NCBI GenBank assembly: GCA_963713045.1
Contig: CAVQKE010000003.1
Coordinates: 1-64,000 of the forward strand
Length of the DNA: 64,000 nt
Origin: an uncultured delta proteobacterium
GTDB lineage: Bacteria; Myxococcota; Myxococcia; Myxococcales; Myxococcaceae
Direction of reading: 5' to 3'
Below are positions 1-13,144 of the stretch, piece after piece (within the stretch, counting starts at the first letter, position 1; each line of letters starts with the position of its first letter). Below the pieces are notes generated by a model that worked only from the letters and a program-made list of their open reading frames with translations, was not told the origin of the DNA and did not search any database. The position numbers and the translations under genes are program-made.

Positions 1-3000
1 CATTGAACCTTTTCTAAATGATTCCACTCCCTATCGGTGATATGCAGCAACAACATGCCCTGACCTGCCGGAAGCTCTGTCCGCATACCGATTGTAGGAT
101 CACTTTCACGGAGTCTGCGGGTGCATGGGGATCTGTTGCGTTGTGACGTTGAAAACAGATGGTAGCGTGGCGAGTCAAACTCGGCTTCGCCATGGTCCGA
201 TCAGGCCGGGAGTATTCGTTTTGAGGACGGGCCGCTCACGACTTCGAACTAGGACGAGTGACGATACACTAAGGTTTGGTCGAGTTATCCATTGAAAAGA
301 GCTTTGAGCTGAGGATTCCGAACAGATGTGCTCATAACCATCCCGTATCTGCTAGGGCGGTCCTAATGCGCGAGCACTGAAATGTTTGTGTATCGTAGCG
401 AAGCCACCAACTATTGCTTTGACTTTCAGGTTCGAAACAGAATCCTTGAGCGGCACGATTTAGCTCGAATCGATTCCTCGATAATAATTAACCGTGCCCG
501 CCAAGTTCTGCCCAAGGATCATCTCCTATCTCCAATAGTTGACAACTTCTGGATTACACGATGCGCGGACCCACGGCCATCTCAACACCACACGCCAATG
601 CCCAAACTTTTTGATGCCTATGATCTGTCTTGAGATGCAATTGAGGTGAAAACCTCACCAACGGAATTCAGCGTCCGGGGGTGCTTTTGCTTAAACTAGT
701 GAAGTTTGTGCTCAAATCCCTTCTAGCGCGCGTTGTCGTGCCCATATTTTGTTGGCCTTATGATGTGTATATATCTTTTGGGCAGCACGTTGTGGCCTGT
801 TTCTGAGATGCAATCACGAAAACGAAAATCCCCAACTGGAGTCAGCGAATGCGTTACACGGCGTTAGCCTTCCCACTCAAGCCGAAGCCCAAAGCATTCA
901 GAGCAAACTTGCTGAAATTCTCTGGCTTGCCTATGAGGTGAGAATAGCTCACGCGGAGGTTTGCGGTCTGCGTCGACATCGATGGAAGACATCGTAGTAT
1001 CCTGAAAACCCATTAGTCGGAAGACTATATGATTACGACTGGCAAGCTTCTTTATGTGCGCAGGAGACGCATTCTCATATGGCTTTTGATGGTTTTGACA
1101 CCCTTGAAAATCGTCGGGAACTTCATAAACCACCTTCTTTAGAGCACTGGTCCAAGCGCTCTGCCATTCGATGGCTTCTGGGCATGAACTAACACGACCG
1201 CTGGGTGGCCAAGCGACGAAGGATGAACTGGAAAGATGTTTCACCTTGGCCTTATACCCGAGGGAAACAATCCAAGACATTATCGATCTTCAGAGTATGC
1301 GGCACATGTTCTAGTTATCTCACTGCCATTCTGCTGAAGAGGAGTTTCTTCAAATCCTTCGAGAACAGCTTGAGCCAAACTGATGTTTTCAAATTGCTTT
1401 TCGGCTATTACTACCATCTTGCGCCGAGGAGTGTTTGGGGTGTTGCTCTGACCATTCAGCAGGTGCAACTGTGGATTGTGAACCTGGCGAGGTTGTGCTT
1501 GATGTGGGTACTTATGAATGGATAGATGCTAATTGAAATGAGAGTGATGTGTGATGCTTCAACCTCATGTAATGTCTACACGTGCTGTTCCTTTGTGTGG
1601 GTCATCCTGAAGCAACATGGCTGGCCTGTATTAAGGCTGCTTCGAGCCAGGATTGCAGCTGCCTAGCGGTTAGTGATGGAGCAAGGCTGTTTGAAAACCA
1701 CGGTGGCTGTTGAAAACACATTCCGCAGTAATGAGCATGCTGCTCAGCATGGTGAACGTGGAATGGGGCTGCACCATCACTCTTTGGCTCATGCTGGAAC
1801 TGGTAGAGCTATACAACGCAGAATTTCAGGCATTCTCACTCGATGTTTTGTTTATCGCCAATGTGCGAAACTGATTGTGTATCTAACAGTTCAAGCTAGC
1901 AACTGGATGATAAATGTGTAATGGAAGCTCTCGTAGCCACAGCCTTACCGCCTGTGCGGACTGGCCCTGCTTTTTCAATATTGGAACCCTGAGATTATCC
2001 TCTGGGTGCTCCTCAACTGCTGAGGAGACCAACCTGCCCTGAGAGTAAGGGCCTGTGACTTGCACAGCTGTGTTACATGTGCTATAACCTGCTAGCGCGG
2101 AGGTTGATAAGCTATGCATTTCATTCAGTTTGTTTCTTTTGATCAGAGGAAACGGCACAGCGTATCAAAAAGGGTGCATTCGGTTCCCTCCAAGGTGCTT
2201 CTGTAAATTGCCTTGAACCCCTGCAACAAGGCTTTTGCTCGGTGTGGCTGTCGCTTGGGAACAGCTGCTGTCGGAAATTGAGCCAGGTTCCGCGCCGCCA
2301 ATTCCTGGTTGGAGCGGCGAGTGCGTTCATGGATCCCGATAACAGGAGCTGCGCGGAGGCTCAAAAACGAAGGGACGCAGTCAACCTCCCCCGAAGTCTC
2401 AATGTGGCTCCTCCATCGAGACTCACCTCCTCAACCGCTCCGAAGGTGCTTCTTTTAGTTTTCGCTCGACTCGTGCCGACGTGTCTGAGTGACCGAGAGC
2501 ACCTTTCGCGACCGTGACCGTGGGCGCCTTCTTCGACCTTTTCGTTGTACTCGGTACTTCTCTATCGGGCAACCGAAAATTCGCATGAGGGCTCACCATT
2601 CAAACTGGAGGCTGAGGGTGCGATCGATGGGGTTAATTTGGCGTTTTTTTCCGCTCTCCTGTTATGGTCGTAAAGCTCAGAGTTCCATCACTAGCGGAAG
2701 TAACCCACCTCAACGTTGTTCTGGTATGTAGGCGACTTATGCTTCTATCGCATCCGTGAGACCGTGTCTGAAAATGAGTTTCTATTGCTTGTGAGCAAGC
2801 ACTAGCGGTCCACGGTCACCAACTTTTGGAGGTGTTGTGCAGGTGACATGTGACCGAACACCACAGTCACCGTATGGGGACGAATAGGCTCGTAGCTTCG
2901 GATAGCTGTAGGAAGCATAATCCCACCCTGCGCTGTAATGATTCCAGTCACCTTAGGAAATCCAAAGCTAACAAAGCGGTTGGCTCGGAAAAGAACCCGC

Positions 3001-5747
3001 CGTGGATCTGGAAAGTCCGGTTGGTCAGCCGCCGCCACCAAATCTGGCCACAAAGCTGCGGTTGAGAACCCGCCAAGTCCCCGGCGGGAACCCACTCCGC
3101 CACGCTGAGCTAGCGAGGGGAGTACGAGAAGGCAGCCTAGGAATAATGAACTGTGCAGATTTCATGATGCTTATCTTTGAATGCGGGCGTTGAATAGGAT
3201 TGGAAACGACACCCGCCCGCCACCTCCAATACCTTTGATGCTGTAGGAGCCGAACCGCCATTCACTTATAGCTCTTCCGCCTCACGTGCGAGCGTTTCTG
3301 AAAGGATCGTCGCCAAGCTACAGCACGGAGGCTACAACTGCTGAACGCTGTTTAAATATTTATCAGTTGCCAGGCCAGGAGTTTGTTTGAAAACAAGGAA
3401 ACTGGCTTAACTGCTCAAAGCTCTGAGAAACAGTAGGCCGCAGGCCCCGCCGTGCTCTGAACCACAAAGTGTATTCAATGCGCATAGAAATCATCCCGCA
3501 TGACCGGCCGAAGGAGGAGACCAAAAAGATCCGTGGAGCGTTCGATCGATTTAGCTCTTCACCGGGTCTCAATCTTGGTGATGATCAGTTCGTCCACCAG
3601 CGAAATGCGGTTGGGTGACACGATGACGTTGTGCCCGGCGAAGCTTGCAGTCAATGCTCATAATCGGTTGGCTGATGGTGACCGACAAGGAAGTGGTGTT
3701 GGAGGTTGATCTTGGTCCTTGGTAGTTGTATTCCTGAGGAGAGCGCGCGAGAACTCAGATTGGTGCGAAGGGGTTGCTGAGTAGCGCTAACTTCCAGCTC
3801 TCGCGGGTGTACCAATAAAGCAGGAGTTACTGGTGCGTGTTACCCTCAAAAAACATCAACCACGACCTGAAACGCCTTAGGCCACGATGTTCTATTGGAG
3901 AAAGGCGACGGGTATCTCTCACTTTGGGTCTGGCGCAGTGGCATAGAGCTCAACTAGTCTACTGGACTCATCCGCCGTTATGTATCTGCTGAAAGTGCAT
4001 TTGCAGATGCTGGAATCCAAGCGCATCGGATCCATGCAACATTTGTTGGTATGTGTGTCTCCCTTTTGGCCGCCTGATGGCCAGTTGATTGGTTTTTTCA
4101 CGTTTGAGAGCCAATCAGAAGGCCAAACAGTTTTGATGAAACTGATGAGCTCTGTGTCTTGCTGTGGCCGGAGGTGTATTGTGATGGTTCTTTATAGCCA
4201 GCATTCGTGCAGCAACTGGGAAGTAAGGGAATTGTCCTCTCGCATGAACGATTCATCCAAAGGGACTTGGTTGTACATCGTGCCTGCTGGTGGCAACTGT
4301 TCAGCAACTCCATATAGTGGGTCTCCAAAAGGTGAGAACTGGTAATGTCTTGGTTCGAGAAATCTTGCCGAGTTATCAGAACGCGCATACAATAGCTACC
4401 CCTAAGGAGTCAATAAGTTGCCAGACTATTTATTGACTCACGCCAGCACTACCCGTTAGGTGTACTATTTGAAGTATTAGTGTGAAAAATTGCCTAGATA
4501 GGCGATGACTGAGTCAACGTGCAGCAGTCAAGGCGGAAGACCGCAGCGAAGAACATGACTCGGCGGAAGGCTCGGCTCGTGAAGAGGTGCAAGCGCAACA
4601 GCGAGAGACGCACGGCGAAGTGTCTAAAAGGAAGGCCTCTAATCGTGAGAAGAAAGTGAAAGCGCAAGCGAGCCGCGGCCCCACAGGACCGGGGTAGGTT
4701 TGATCAGAACGAGATTTTTTAAGAGCCGGTAACTGGTGTGAAACGCAGCGGTATGTCATAACAAATGTTTAGAAGAAGCAGATTTGAAACAAAGTTGTCT
4801 AGAATGCGCGGGAAAATCAAGCAGAGTAGGTTCTGGAAATCATGGGCGTCCAGTGTGTCGTCTGCGCGGAAGGGAATATACAAGCGGGACACTAATCCGA
4901 ATATATTTATCGCCACAATTGCAAAATCAGGGTTCCCCTCGAGGTAGTCTGTTAATAGCTTTTGAGCATCGATGTGTGAGGTGTGTATGAATCAAAGTAT
5001 GACGCTTGAGGAGTACGAAAATGGTTATAATATTGTGCTAACTGAGGACTAATTCTTCTCCACATTGGTCCAATCCAATGCAACGATGAGAGTCTTTAGA
5101 CTGGCGTGGGGGTAAGAAAATCACCATTGGCCCAACGACGGGGAGAAGTCTGCTAGCGGGGAGGCCGCTATCCCTTCAGTTACCTCTGCCGTAGTCCTGT
5201 TTGCTCATTCTCTTGCCTATGCTGCTCAGGCAAGTTTTTCCTGTTCTCTCCCTGAATATCCCTCGTGAATGCAAGGAGGTTGATCGGTGGTGGATCTATG
5301 AGAACACCCTGCTCCGCTGAATATCTGCTGGTCCATAATCGAACCTGCTGAAAATAAACCAACTTGGGACTTTCTGGGCATCAATGGTCAGCAGGGGGAC
5401 AGAACCTAAAACTGGACAGCTCGCATGATTGTGGAAAGGACATCCCTATGAGAAATGGCTTACAACTCTAAACACCTGCACCCACAAACCACACAACTAG
5501 GTATTTTGGTTTTAGATTTTTGTGTATGATCACACAGCCTATGTCGCACCCACCACGCTGCGCCTAGCGTATCGGTTAAACTGTCGTCGATGAACTATAT
5601 GCCGCTCGGACGAGGGACGCACGAAGGGCGCGCCCCTGAAATTGATGTCTATAGAACATTGAGGCGATGCCAGTCTTGCGGCCGATTGCGTGTTCCTGGC
5701 ACGAGGGAACTATGCGTATTGCAGCGATGGTGGGCGCGTAAAACCAG

Positions 5748-6502
5748 TTATCGCCTCCGGCGGAGGGGCGACCATGGGGTTGGAGGTTCTTCTTAGAAAG
5801 TTTGACGATGACTAGTGGCTGGACCAAACGAATTTTGCCGTTGATAAGACCCAGAAAGGTCTGGGGCGCGGTCACGGCCGTTCGTAATCGGCGTCCAGGG
5901 ATGGCGTGGCGGTCGATGAAGGTGTTGAGGGTGGCGGACGGCGGACGCAGCCAGAGTGCCGAGACCATTCTCCTGAGGGCTTGGGGTCGGTGGCGTGCAT
6001 CTGGAGGCGCATCGTGGTTCTGCTGCGGAAGCCCCACCCACGCTCGGCCTGCTGCCAGCCGAAGTCGTAAACTCTGATACCCTCCTGCTGCGTAGCCGAG
6101 GATGCGGTTCCTCGTTGTGGGTGCCTTCGGTGCGGAAGTTGGTTGGCGATGGTGTGCTCGAAGATGCCAGTGGGGTGATGAAAGTGATTGAAACTGCCGG
6201 CTTGCCGGTGGAGCATGTTGGATGAAGTGAACGTGCAGTCGGCGCCATCCAGTAGATCGTGACCGCTGGGACGAAGGGGTTGTGTCGACGAGGACGACGT
6301 ATTGCGGAGAAGAATCGTTGTGAGCGCGTCGAAGGAGCGCCCAAGCCTTCTGTTCGGCATCAGGGACAGTGAGGTGGGGTGGACCTCCGCGGTGTAGATC
6401 TTGCGCAAGCGATGGTCGCGATGCTTGGTTTGACGGGTTCCGCGGTTGCGGCGCAAGCAGGAAATGCGGCGAACATCGCGACAATGGCCGTAGTGATGTG
6501 AT
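5748..6502 (-). pseudogene. Mirror copy (error-rich) of the L,D-transpeptidase-like gene at 13145-13946
   Basis: Fragments GIRVYDFGWQQAERGWGF, MRLQMHATDPK and LNTFIDRHAI are spread across frames. Confidence 0.85.
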
Positions 6503-6537
6503 TTAGAAGTATGGTGTGCAGGTGTAGGGCTTGTGAG

Positions 6538-6939
6538 CTACTGGGCGATGGCTGAGACTGGGTGGATCAATATTCTGTTTCGCCAAAACAGGAACTGGGC
6601 ACTCCCTTGTGCTGCTCATAAGACGAGCGCAACGCGCTGCCCGCCTCTCGTCATCTTGCGTACTATTGCGTCATCTCGAGTTGCTCAAATGGAAACATTT
6701 GTGGGGCCGTGCCCGGGAGAGTGGTCTCCCAGCTCGCCCTCCCAGGTCTTGCAGAGCCAGCCCTTTTGAAATCTTCTTAACGCTGCCTGCGTGCTTGCCG
6801 GAATGAGAGGTATATGCAGCGTGACCTATGTGTAACTGGTGATCAAGGGAGCTGGAAGAAAAAGCAGGACAACTAGCCCAGTCGGAAGTGTTGTTCTTCC
6901 CAGCAACATCGGTGGAGTTTAATTTGGCTCCGTCGGCAT
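6538..6939 (-). pseudogene. Mirror copy of the membrane-anchored hypothetical at 12698-13109
   Basis: cagctcgccctcccaggtcttgcagagccagccc is the reverse complement of the GWLCKTWEGEL coding segment. Confidence 0.8.
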
Positions 6940-7209
6940 CGCGCTGATGTTCCTAGCTTTTTTGACGCCGGCGAGCGCGGCCATGCCTTGCTCATGGAAA
7001 ACCCCAACGAGACCGGAGCGGATCCACAATCGCATGAATGAGATCAAACATGGCCGAGTCGTCCACACAACCGTTGGGAAACAATGCCGCGTCAGGCATT
7101 ATGAAGAACATAACAGAAGTACTGTGCAGAGTGTGGGGTTCCTTCCACTCTGCAGCGCTTGGCGGAACCGCTTGCTCCGGCGATCTCCAGAATAGACGAA
7201 GGCTTTCTT

Positions 7210-8246
7210 GCACCTAGTTGAACCTACACATCCGCCATAGCTGTTGTTGCTTTATAACTGTTGCTCACCGCCTCTCAATAACACCACGAGACCACTCTCC
7301 GTCTACATTGTTGAAGGCTCCGAACCACCCAATGAGTGTGGTTTTCACTGCAAGTGCCGGTTTTTCCGACAGCGGCTCTTCCTGACGAGCGCGACGCGGA
7401 GCACCCTCCTTCCACCGCACTCCTCCTTGGGAGACCGTGATGATGCTGAAATGGCTCGACAACGTCAGCTGTCGTTGACCTCGGGGTGAAAGGTGCGACT
7501 TCCTGGGGGAAGCGAGGGTACTGAAGGCAGCAGAGCGTGCCTCCGTGTCCTGATCGCGCTCATCAGTGCTGCAAACTGCAAGGAAAGTTCGGACATCCTT
7601 CACGAAGCTGGTCAGCATGCTACATCGCATCGCGGTGGCGTGAGGGGTTCCTGTTTTTGCCTGACAATTTCATGTGGGTCTTTCATGATATCCGAAACTG
7701 ATGCCGTGTAGTAGCTGTATCTTTTCGAGCCAGTTCGCGTCCGAGGTTGGCAAAAAAAATTGTTGAAATGCGAATGCATAGAGGTCAGATCCATTCTCAC
7801 GCCATCGAGCCGGATCATGGTACTTGGTTTGATTACTTCTCACTCAGAGGAGTGCAAGCCGCACTGAGACCTCTACCACGGAGCACTGGCTGAAACTTAA
7901 GCCAACGCTTAGCCTCTGATTCACAAATCGATAAGAATGTGCCCGGTCGAGGGGCTACGGCAACTACTATTCGTTATAGCGCTTCTGAGTGCCTCACAGC
8001 GATGCGACGAATACTCAGTCCTCACCAGCGGCGCTATTGCTGTTCGCGGAGTCGACAATCGGTTCTGTCTCCATGGATGCCTCTGAGTGATACCCGGTAA
8101 CAATGATGTTACTCGGGGGCCGACCAGCCAGCCACGGCCGCCGTCTTTTTGCTGTCTTGTGCCGTATGTGAGATTATAGGATAATGAGAGGGATCATAAC
8201 TTATACTTGTGTCTGAGTATCAGTTTAATGAATTGAACTATAGATG
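7210..8246 (-). pseudogene. Mirror copy of the PBP transpeptidase gene at 11360-12422
   Basis: Fragments MIRLDGVRMDLT, RRARQEEPLS and GWFGAFNNV. Confidence 0.85.
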
Positions 8247-8842
8247 CCAGTTCCTTCTTTGGTATCTCCAGGAAAGCCCTCTCACTTTGGTATTAAATAT
8301 TGAATCCCGGAGGGGTGGAGCTTCTAAATGCATAATCAGCTGGCCAGTTTCCTCATTTACACATAGAGCTCACGCGTTCGCAGCCAAACGTTGTCAAACA
8401 TGTCTAGGTGCTCTCGATAGTTGAAATTCAGCCAGCTCCTCCCATGCCAGTTCCAAGGGTTTTAGTCGCGAACAATAGTGTGAACATCGTGACCAACGTT
8501 CTTCTTGTCCGAATTCCTCGCTCATCAGCTTCACATTTTCCTGAGCCGTGCTGCCAGTCTTCTAATGTGCTTCCGAGCCAGCTCGGCATAGCGTTTCCTC
8601 GATGTTCCGTATACTCGGCGGTGGCACAAAAATAAACCAACTAACGACAGGTCAAACGGGCGGAGCTGCCGAGTAGGACGGCCCCTTGCGTCACTCAAGT
8701 CCTGCTCCTTGTTGTTTTGACAATTGCGCGATTTCTACATGTGTCAACCAACCATATCGGAGATGCTAAACCTTATGGTGACGTTGATGAACCGGCGGAG
8801 CCCTCCACTCTCTTCTCCTCACCAGTCGAGGCAGTGGGGACG

Positions 8843-9782
8843 ATGCTTGTTGCGCACCCCTGTTCGCAACTTCGGAGACTAGAGCTGTGGTGCGGGGAGG
8901 TGGTCGGGATCGCCATCTTTGCGTTCGTCTTGCAGTATGTTGGTGGCGCAAGACATGATAGCACATGGCAAGGAATGTTGAACAGATCCTAACGGCCCCT
9001 CACAGGGTCGCCACAACAACAAACGGTTGTCTGGAAATTTGAAAAGAACATGGCCGGCTGTGGCTTTGGCACGGTTACACAACTTCCAATCGATGGTCCT
9101 TGGTGAACAAGGTGGATCGTGAGCGCGGACTACCTAGATCGGGAGCAGATACAAGGAGAGCTGAAGCCAGGTGGCACCTGCATTGTGGGGTCAGCTCAAT
9201 CGACCTCACTACCTCTGAAAACTTATCTGTGTGAACGAATCCACCGCGTCACTAATCGCCTACCTGTGATCGCGCGCCCAACAGGCTGTCCAAGTGTCTG
9301 AGAACGTGAAACCGATCGAACCGACGACGGTTAAACGCGCGGCCCATGGTGGGTATTCATTCGGGGCCCGTGATGCTGAGAGTGGTGGCTAGACATTGGT
9401 ATCAAATATATCTGGAACGACTCATCCAAGAGGCCAAGAGCGTCAAGTGCAACGGGAAATTCTTCAAGGAATGGTTCAAGGATGTTGCTCTTAGTACCGC
9501 TATGGGTCTCTCTGGAACGACGGAGATAAGTTCTTTACGTCCTATATCGGCCATCCTAGGGCGCTGTTGTCGAAGGCATCTTCTGGGAATACGATGACGG
9601 TGCGGTTTCGGAGCAGGACTTTCATAGCGCAGCGTACCGAAAGGCTCTTTCTGCAAGCCTTTGCTTTTCGCCACGTGAGACGCGGTGCAGTGGAACTGGG
9701 ACCCAGTCAGCGAGGGATCCATCGGTTATGTGGAATCTCCCCGCCCATTGGGTGGAACACACCCTACTACTGCAACCTACTC
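8843..9782 (+). pseudogene. Mirror copy of the truncated secreted-protein gene at 9786-10733
   Basis: Fragments TWQGML, GELKPGGTCIVG, NGKFFKEWF and WNTPYYCNLL. Confidence 0.85.
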
Positions 9783-9817
9783 GTGGAGTAGGTTGCAGTA
9801 GTAGGGTGTGTTCCACC
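9751..9817. other. Fold-back apex: perfect 32-bp inverted arms with a 3-nt loop (GTG, 9783-9785)
   Basis: ggtggaacacaccctactactgcaacctactc-GTG-gagtaggttgcagtagtagggtgtgttccacc. Confidence 0.97.
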
Positions 9818-10733
9818 AATGGGCGGGGAGACCCACATGACCGATCGATGCCTCGCTGACTGGTCCCAGTTTCCACTGCACCGCGTCTAGCGTGGCAAAA
9901 GCGAAGGCTTGCAAAAGAGCCTTTCGGTACGCTGCGCTATGAAAGTCCTGCTCCGAAAACCGCACCCGGTCATCATTCTGCCAGAAGATGCCTTCGACAA
10001 CAGCGCCCTGCAGAGGATGGCCGATATAGGACGTAAAGAACTTATCTCCGTCGTTCCAGAGACCGTAGCGGTACTGAGCAACATCACTGAACCATTCCTT
10101 GAAGAATTTCCCGTTCAGTTGATCCCGCGTCTTGGCCTCTTGGATGAGTCGTTCGGACTGTTCGATACCAATGTCTAGCCACCACTCTCGTAACAGCGGG
10201 CCCCAATGAATGCCACCATGGGCCACGGCGTTAACCGTCGTGCCGGTTCGATCGGTTTCACATTCTGCAACCTTGGACGGCCTGTTGGGCGCAATCACAG
10301 GGTCGGCGATTAGTGACGCGGTGGATTCGTTCACACGGATCAGTTTCAGAGGTAGTGAGGTCGATTGGGTAAACGTTCCCACAATGCAGGTGCCACCTGA
10401 CTTCAGCTCTCCTTCGTATCTGCTCCCGATACTGGGTAATGACACCATCACGATCCCGCCTTGTACCACCAAGGAGCCATCAATTGGAAGTTGTGACCCG
10501 TCCGTGCTGTAAGAAGCCACCATCAGCCCGGCCATGTTCCTTGCGAATTTCCAGACAACCGTTTGTTGTTGTGGCGAGCCTTGAGGGCCGTTAGGGATCT
10601 CTAACATTCCTTGCCATGTGCCTATGATGTCTTGCGCGGCCAACGTGCTTGCGAGCGACGCAAAGATGGCGATCCCCGACCACAACCTGCGCACCACAGC
10701 TCTAGGTCTCCGAAGTTGCGAACAGGGGTGCAC
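9786..10733 (-). CDS. Secreted protein: N-terminal 'QDIIGTWQGML' beta domain plus a DUF3943-like domain; 3' truncated at the fold-back
   Basis: 318-aa ORF with a signal-like segment (IAIFASLASTLAAQ). QDIIGTWQG resembles acidobacterial TIGR03435-type N-termini and WNDGDKFFTSYIGHPLQGAV resembles DUF3943 (both from recall). The stop codon is created by the junction. Confidence 0.6.
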
Positions 10734-11359
10734 GAGGACCTGGCGTCGTCCCCACTGCCTCGACTGGTGAGGAGAAGAGAGTGAAGAGGCTCCGCCGTTC
10801 GTACGACGTCACCATAAGGTTTGACCGTCTCGATATGGTTGGTTGACACATGCTACAAATCCGCGCAATTGTGCAAAACGACGAGGAGCAGGACTTGAGT
10901 GACGCAAGGGCATCCTACTTCGGCAGCTCGCCCGTTTGACTGTCGTCAGGAGTGAGTTGGTTTATTTTTGTGCCACCGCCAATACGGACGTCGGAACGCT
11001 ATGCCGAGCTGGCTCGGAAGCACATTGCGAAGACTGGCAGCACGGCTCGGGAAATCTGGAAGCTGATGGGGCAAGAAAAATGCGACAAGAAGAACGTTGG
11101 TTGACGATGTTCGCGTATTGTTCGCGCGACTAAAACCCTTGGAACTGGCATGGGAGGAGCTCAGCTAAGTTAACCGACCGAGTATCGAGAGCACCTGACA
11201 GTGTTTGACAACGTTTGCTGCGAACGCGTGAGCTATGTGTAGGGAATCGACTTGGCAGCGATTATGCCGACGTTACAAAAAGAGAAGCTCCACCCTCCGG
11301 ATTGCGATCTTTAATACCAAAGTGCAAGGGGCTTCCTCGAGACCGAAGAAGGAACTCGC

Positions 11360-12422
11360 ATGTATAGATTCCGATTCATTAAACTGATCTTGCGGACGCA
11401 AGTATGGGTTCTGATCCTCTCGTTGTCCTCTAGTCTCACATCCGGCGCAACAGCAAAAAGACGGCGGCCGTCGGCTCACTCGTCGGCCCCCCGAGTAACG
11501 TCGTTGTTACCGGGTATAGTTCGAGGCGGTCCGTGGACGGAACCGAATTATGCGGACTCCACCGACGGCGATAGCGCCGCTGGTGAGGAGCTCAGTATTC
11601 GTCGCATCGCTGTAGAGGCACTCGGACGCTATAACGGATCAGTAGTTGCGGTCGACCCCTCGACCGGGCGCATTCTATCGATTGTGAATCAGAGGCTAGC
11701 GTTGGGCTTAGAGTTTCCAGCCGTGCTCCACCATCAAGGTGTCGGTCGCTTTAGCTGCTCTGAGTGAGAAAGTAATCGAACCGAGTACCATGATCCGGCT
11801 GAATGGCATGAGAATGGATCTGACCTATGCATTGGCGCATTCCAACAATTATTTTTTTGCCAACCTCGGACGCGAACTGGGATTCGAAAAGATCAGCTAC
11901 TACGCACATCAGTTCGGATATGGTGAAAGAGCCGGCCTCAATATTCCCGGCGAGAAAGCAGGGAAGTTTCCCCTCACGCCACCGCACAATGGAGGTGTCA
12001 GCATGCTGACCAGCTTCGGTGAAGAGATATCCCAAACTCCCTTGCAGTTTGCAGCACTGATGAGCGCGATCGCCAACGGAGGCACACTATACTGCCTTCA
12101 GTACCCTCGCAATGCCCAGGAAGTCGCCGCCTTCACCCCCAAGGTCAAGCGACAGCTGAGCATTGAGGGGCCCATTTCCGGCATCATCCACGGTCTCCGG
12201 GGTGCAGTGGAAGGAGGTACTGCGCGTCGCGCTCGTCAGGAAGAGCCGCTGTCCGGAAAAACCGGCACTTGCAGTGAAAACCACACTCATCTTGGGTGGT
12301 TCGGAGCCTTCAACAATGTAGGACGGAGAGTGGTCTTGGTGGTGTTATTGAGAGGCGGTCAGCAGGCAACAGGGTCTCGAGCGCGCGGCTATAGCGGGGG
12401 ATATCTATCGTCAACTAGGTGA
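11360..12422 (+). CDS. Penicillin-binding protein transpeptidase-domain protein (frameshift near 11720)
   Basis: GSVVAVDPSTGRIL, P(C)STIK SxxK across the frameshift, LAHSNNYFF (SxN), TPLQFAALMSAIANGG, SGKTGT (KTG), HLGWFGAF. Confidence 0.88.
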
Positions 12423-12697
12423 GAAAAACTACTTCGCTAGTCTGTCTGGAGATCGCCCAAGCAGCGTTCCGCCAAGCCCGCCCGGAGTCAAAAGCCACCA
12501 CACTCTTGCCGCAGTTCTACTTCTGTTATGTTCTTCAGTAATCCTGACGCTAATCTTGCGACGGTTGTGGACGACTCGGCATGTTTGATCTAGTTCGTCG
12601 ACTGTCGATCGCTCCCGTCGTTGGGGTTTGCCATGAGCAAATACTCTGAGCCAGCAGTAGCGTCGCCGCATCAAAAAAGCTAAGGAACATCAGCGCG

Positions 12698-13109
12698 ATG
12701 CCAACGACCGAATTAAACTCCACCGATGTTGCTGGGAAGAAGCGACACTTTGGACTCCGGCTAGTTGTGCTCCTGCTTTTTCTTCCAGCTGCCTTGATCG
12801 CCGGTTACACATGGGTCGCGCTGCATTATGCCTATTCATCCGGCGAGCGCGCGGGCTACGTTCAGAAGATTTCGAAAAAGGGCTGGCTCTGCAAGACCTG
12901 GGAGGGCGAGCTAGCCATGACCACTGGTCCCGGGCACGGCCCCGCAAATCTTCCAGTTCAGCGTTCGAGATGACGCAATGGCTCGCAAAATCATGGAAGC
13001 CGCGGGGCAGCGCGTTGCGCTGGTCTATGAGCAGCACAAGGGAGTGCCCAGTTCCTGCTTTGGCGAAACGGAGTATTTCATCACCGGTGTTCGGCCGATC
13101 GCCCAGTAG
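12698..13109 (+). CDS. Conserved single-pass membrane hypothetical protein (frameshifted)
   Basis: TM helix followed by YSSGERAGYVQKISKKGWLCKTWEGELAM; continues in another frame as YEQHKGVPSSCFGETEYFITGV. Confidence 0.75.
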
Positions 13110-13144
13110 CTCACAAGCCCTGCACCTGCACACCATACTTGTAA

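Larger units (their letters stand above)
1..9782. repeat. Left (noisy) arm of a ~10-kb inverted duplication; reverse complement of 9786-~20005
   Basis: Landmarks mirror each other, e.g. 60-90 (ctgacctgccggaagctctgtccgcataccg) vs ~19911-19943, the L,D-transpeptidase at 5748-6502 vs 13145-13946, and the PBP at 7210-8246 vs 11360-12422. This arm is ~430 bp shorter and its ORFs are more broken. Confidence 0.97.

Noticed and set aside
1..9782. ORF-track entries in the left arm as independent genes
   Set aside because: They are error-broken mirror images of 9786-20005.
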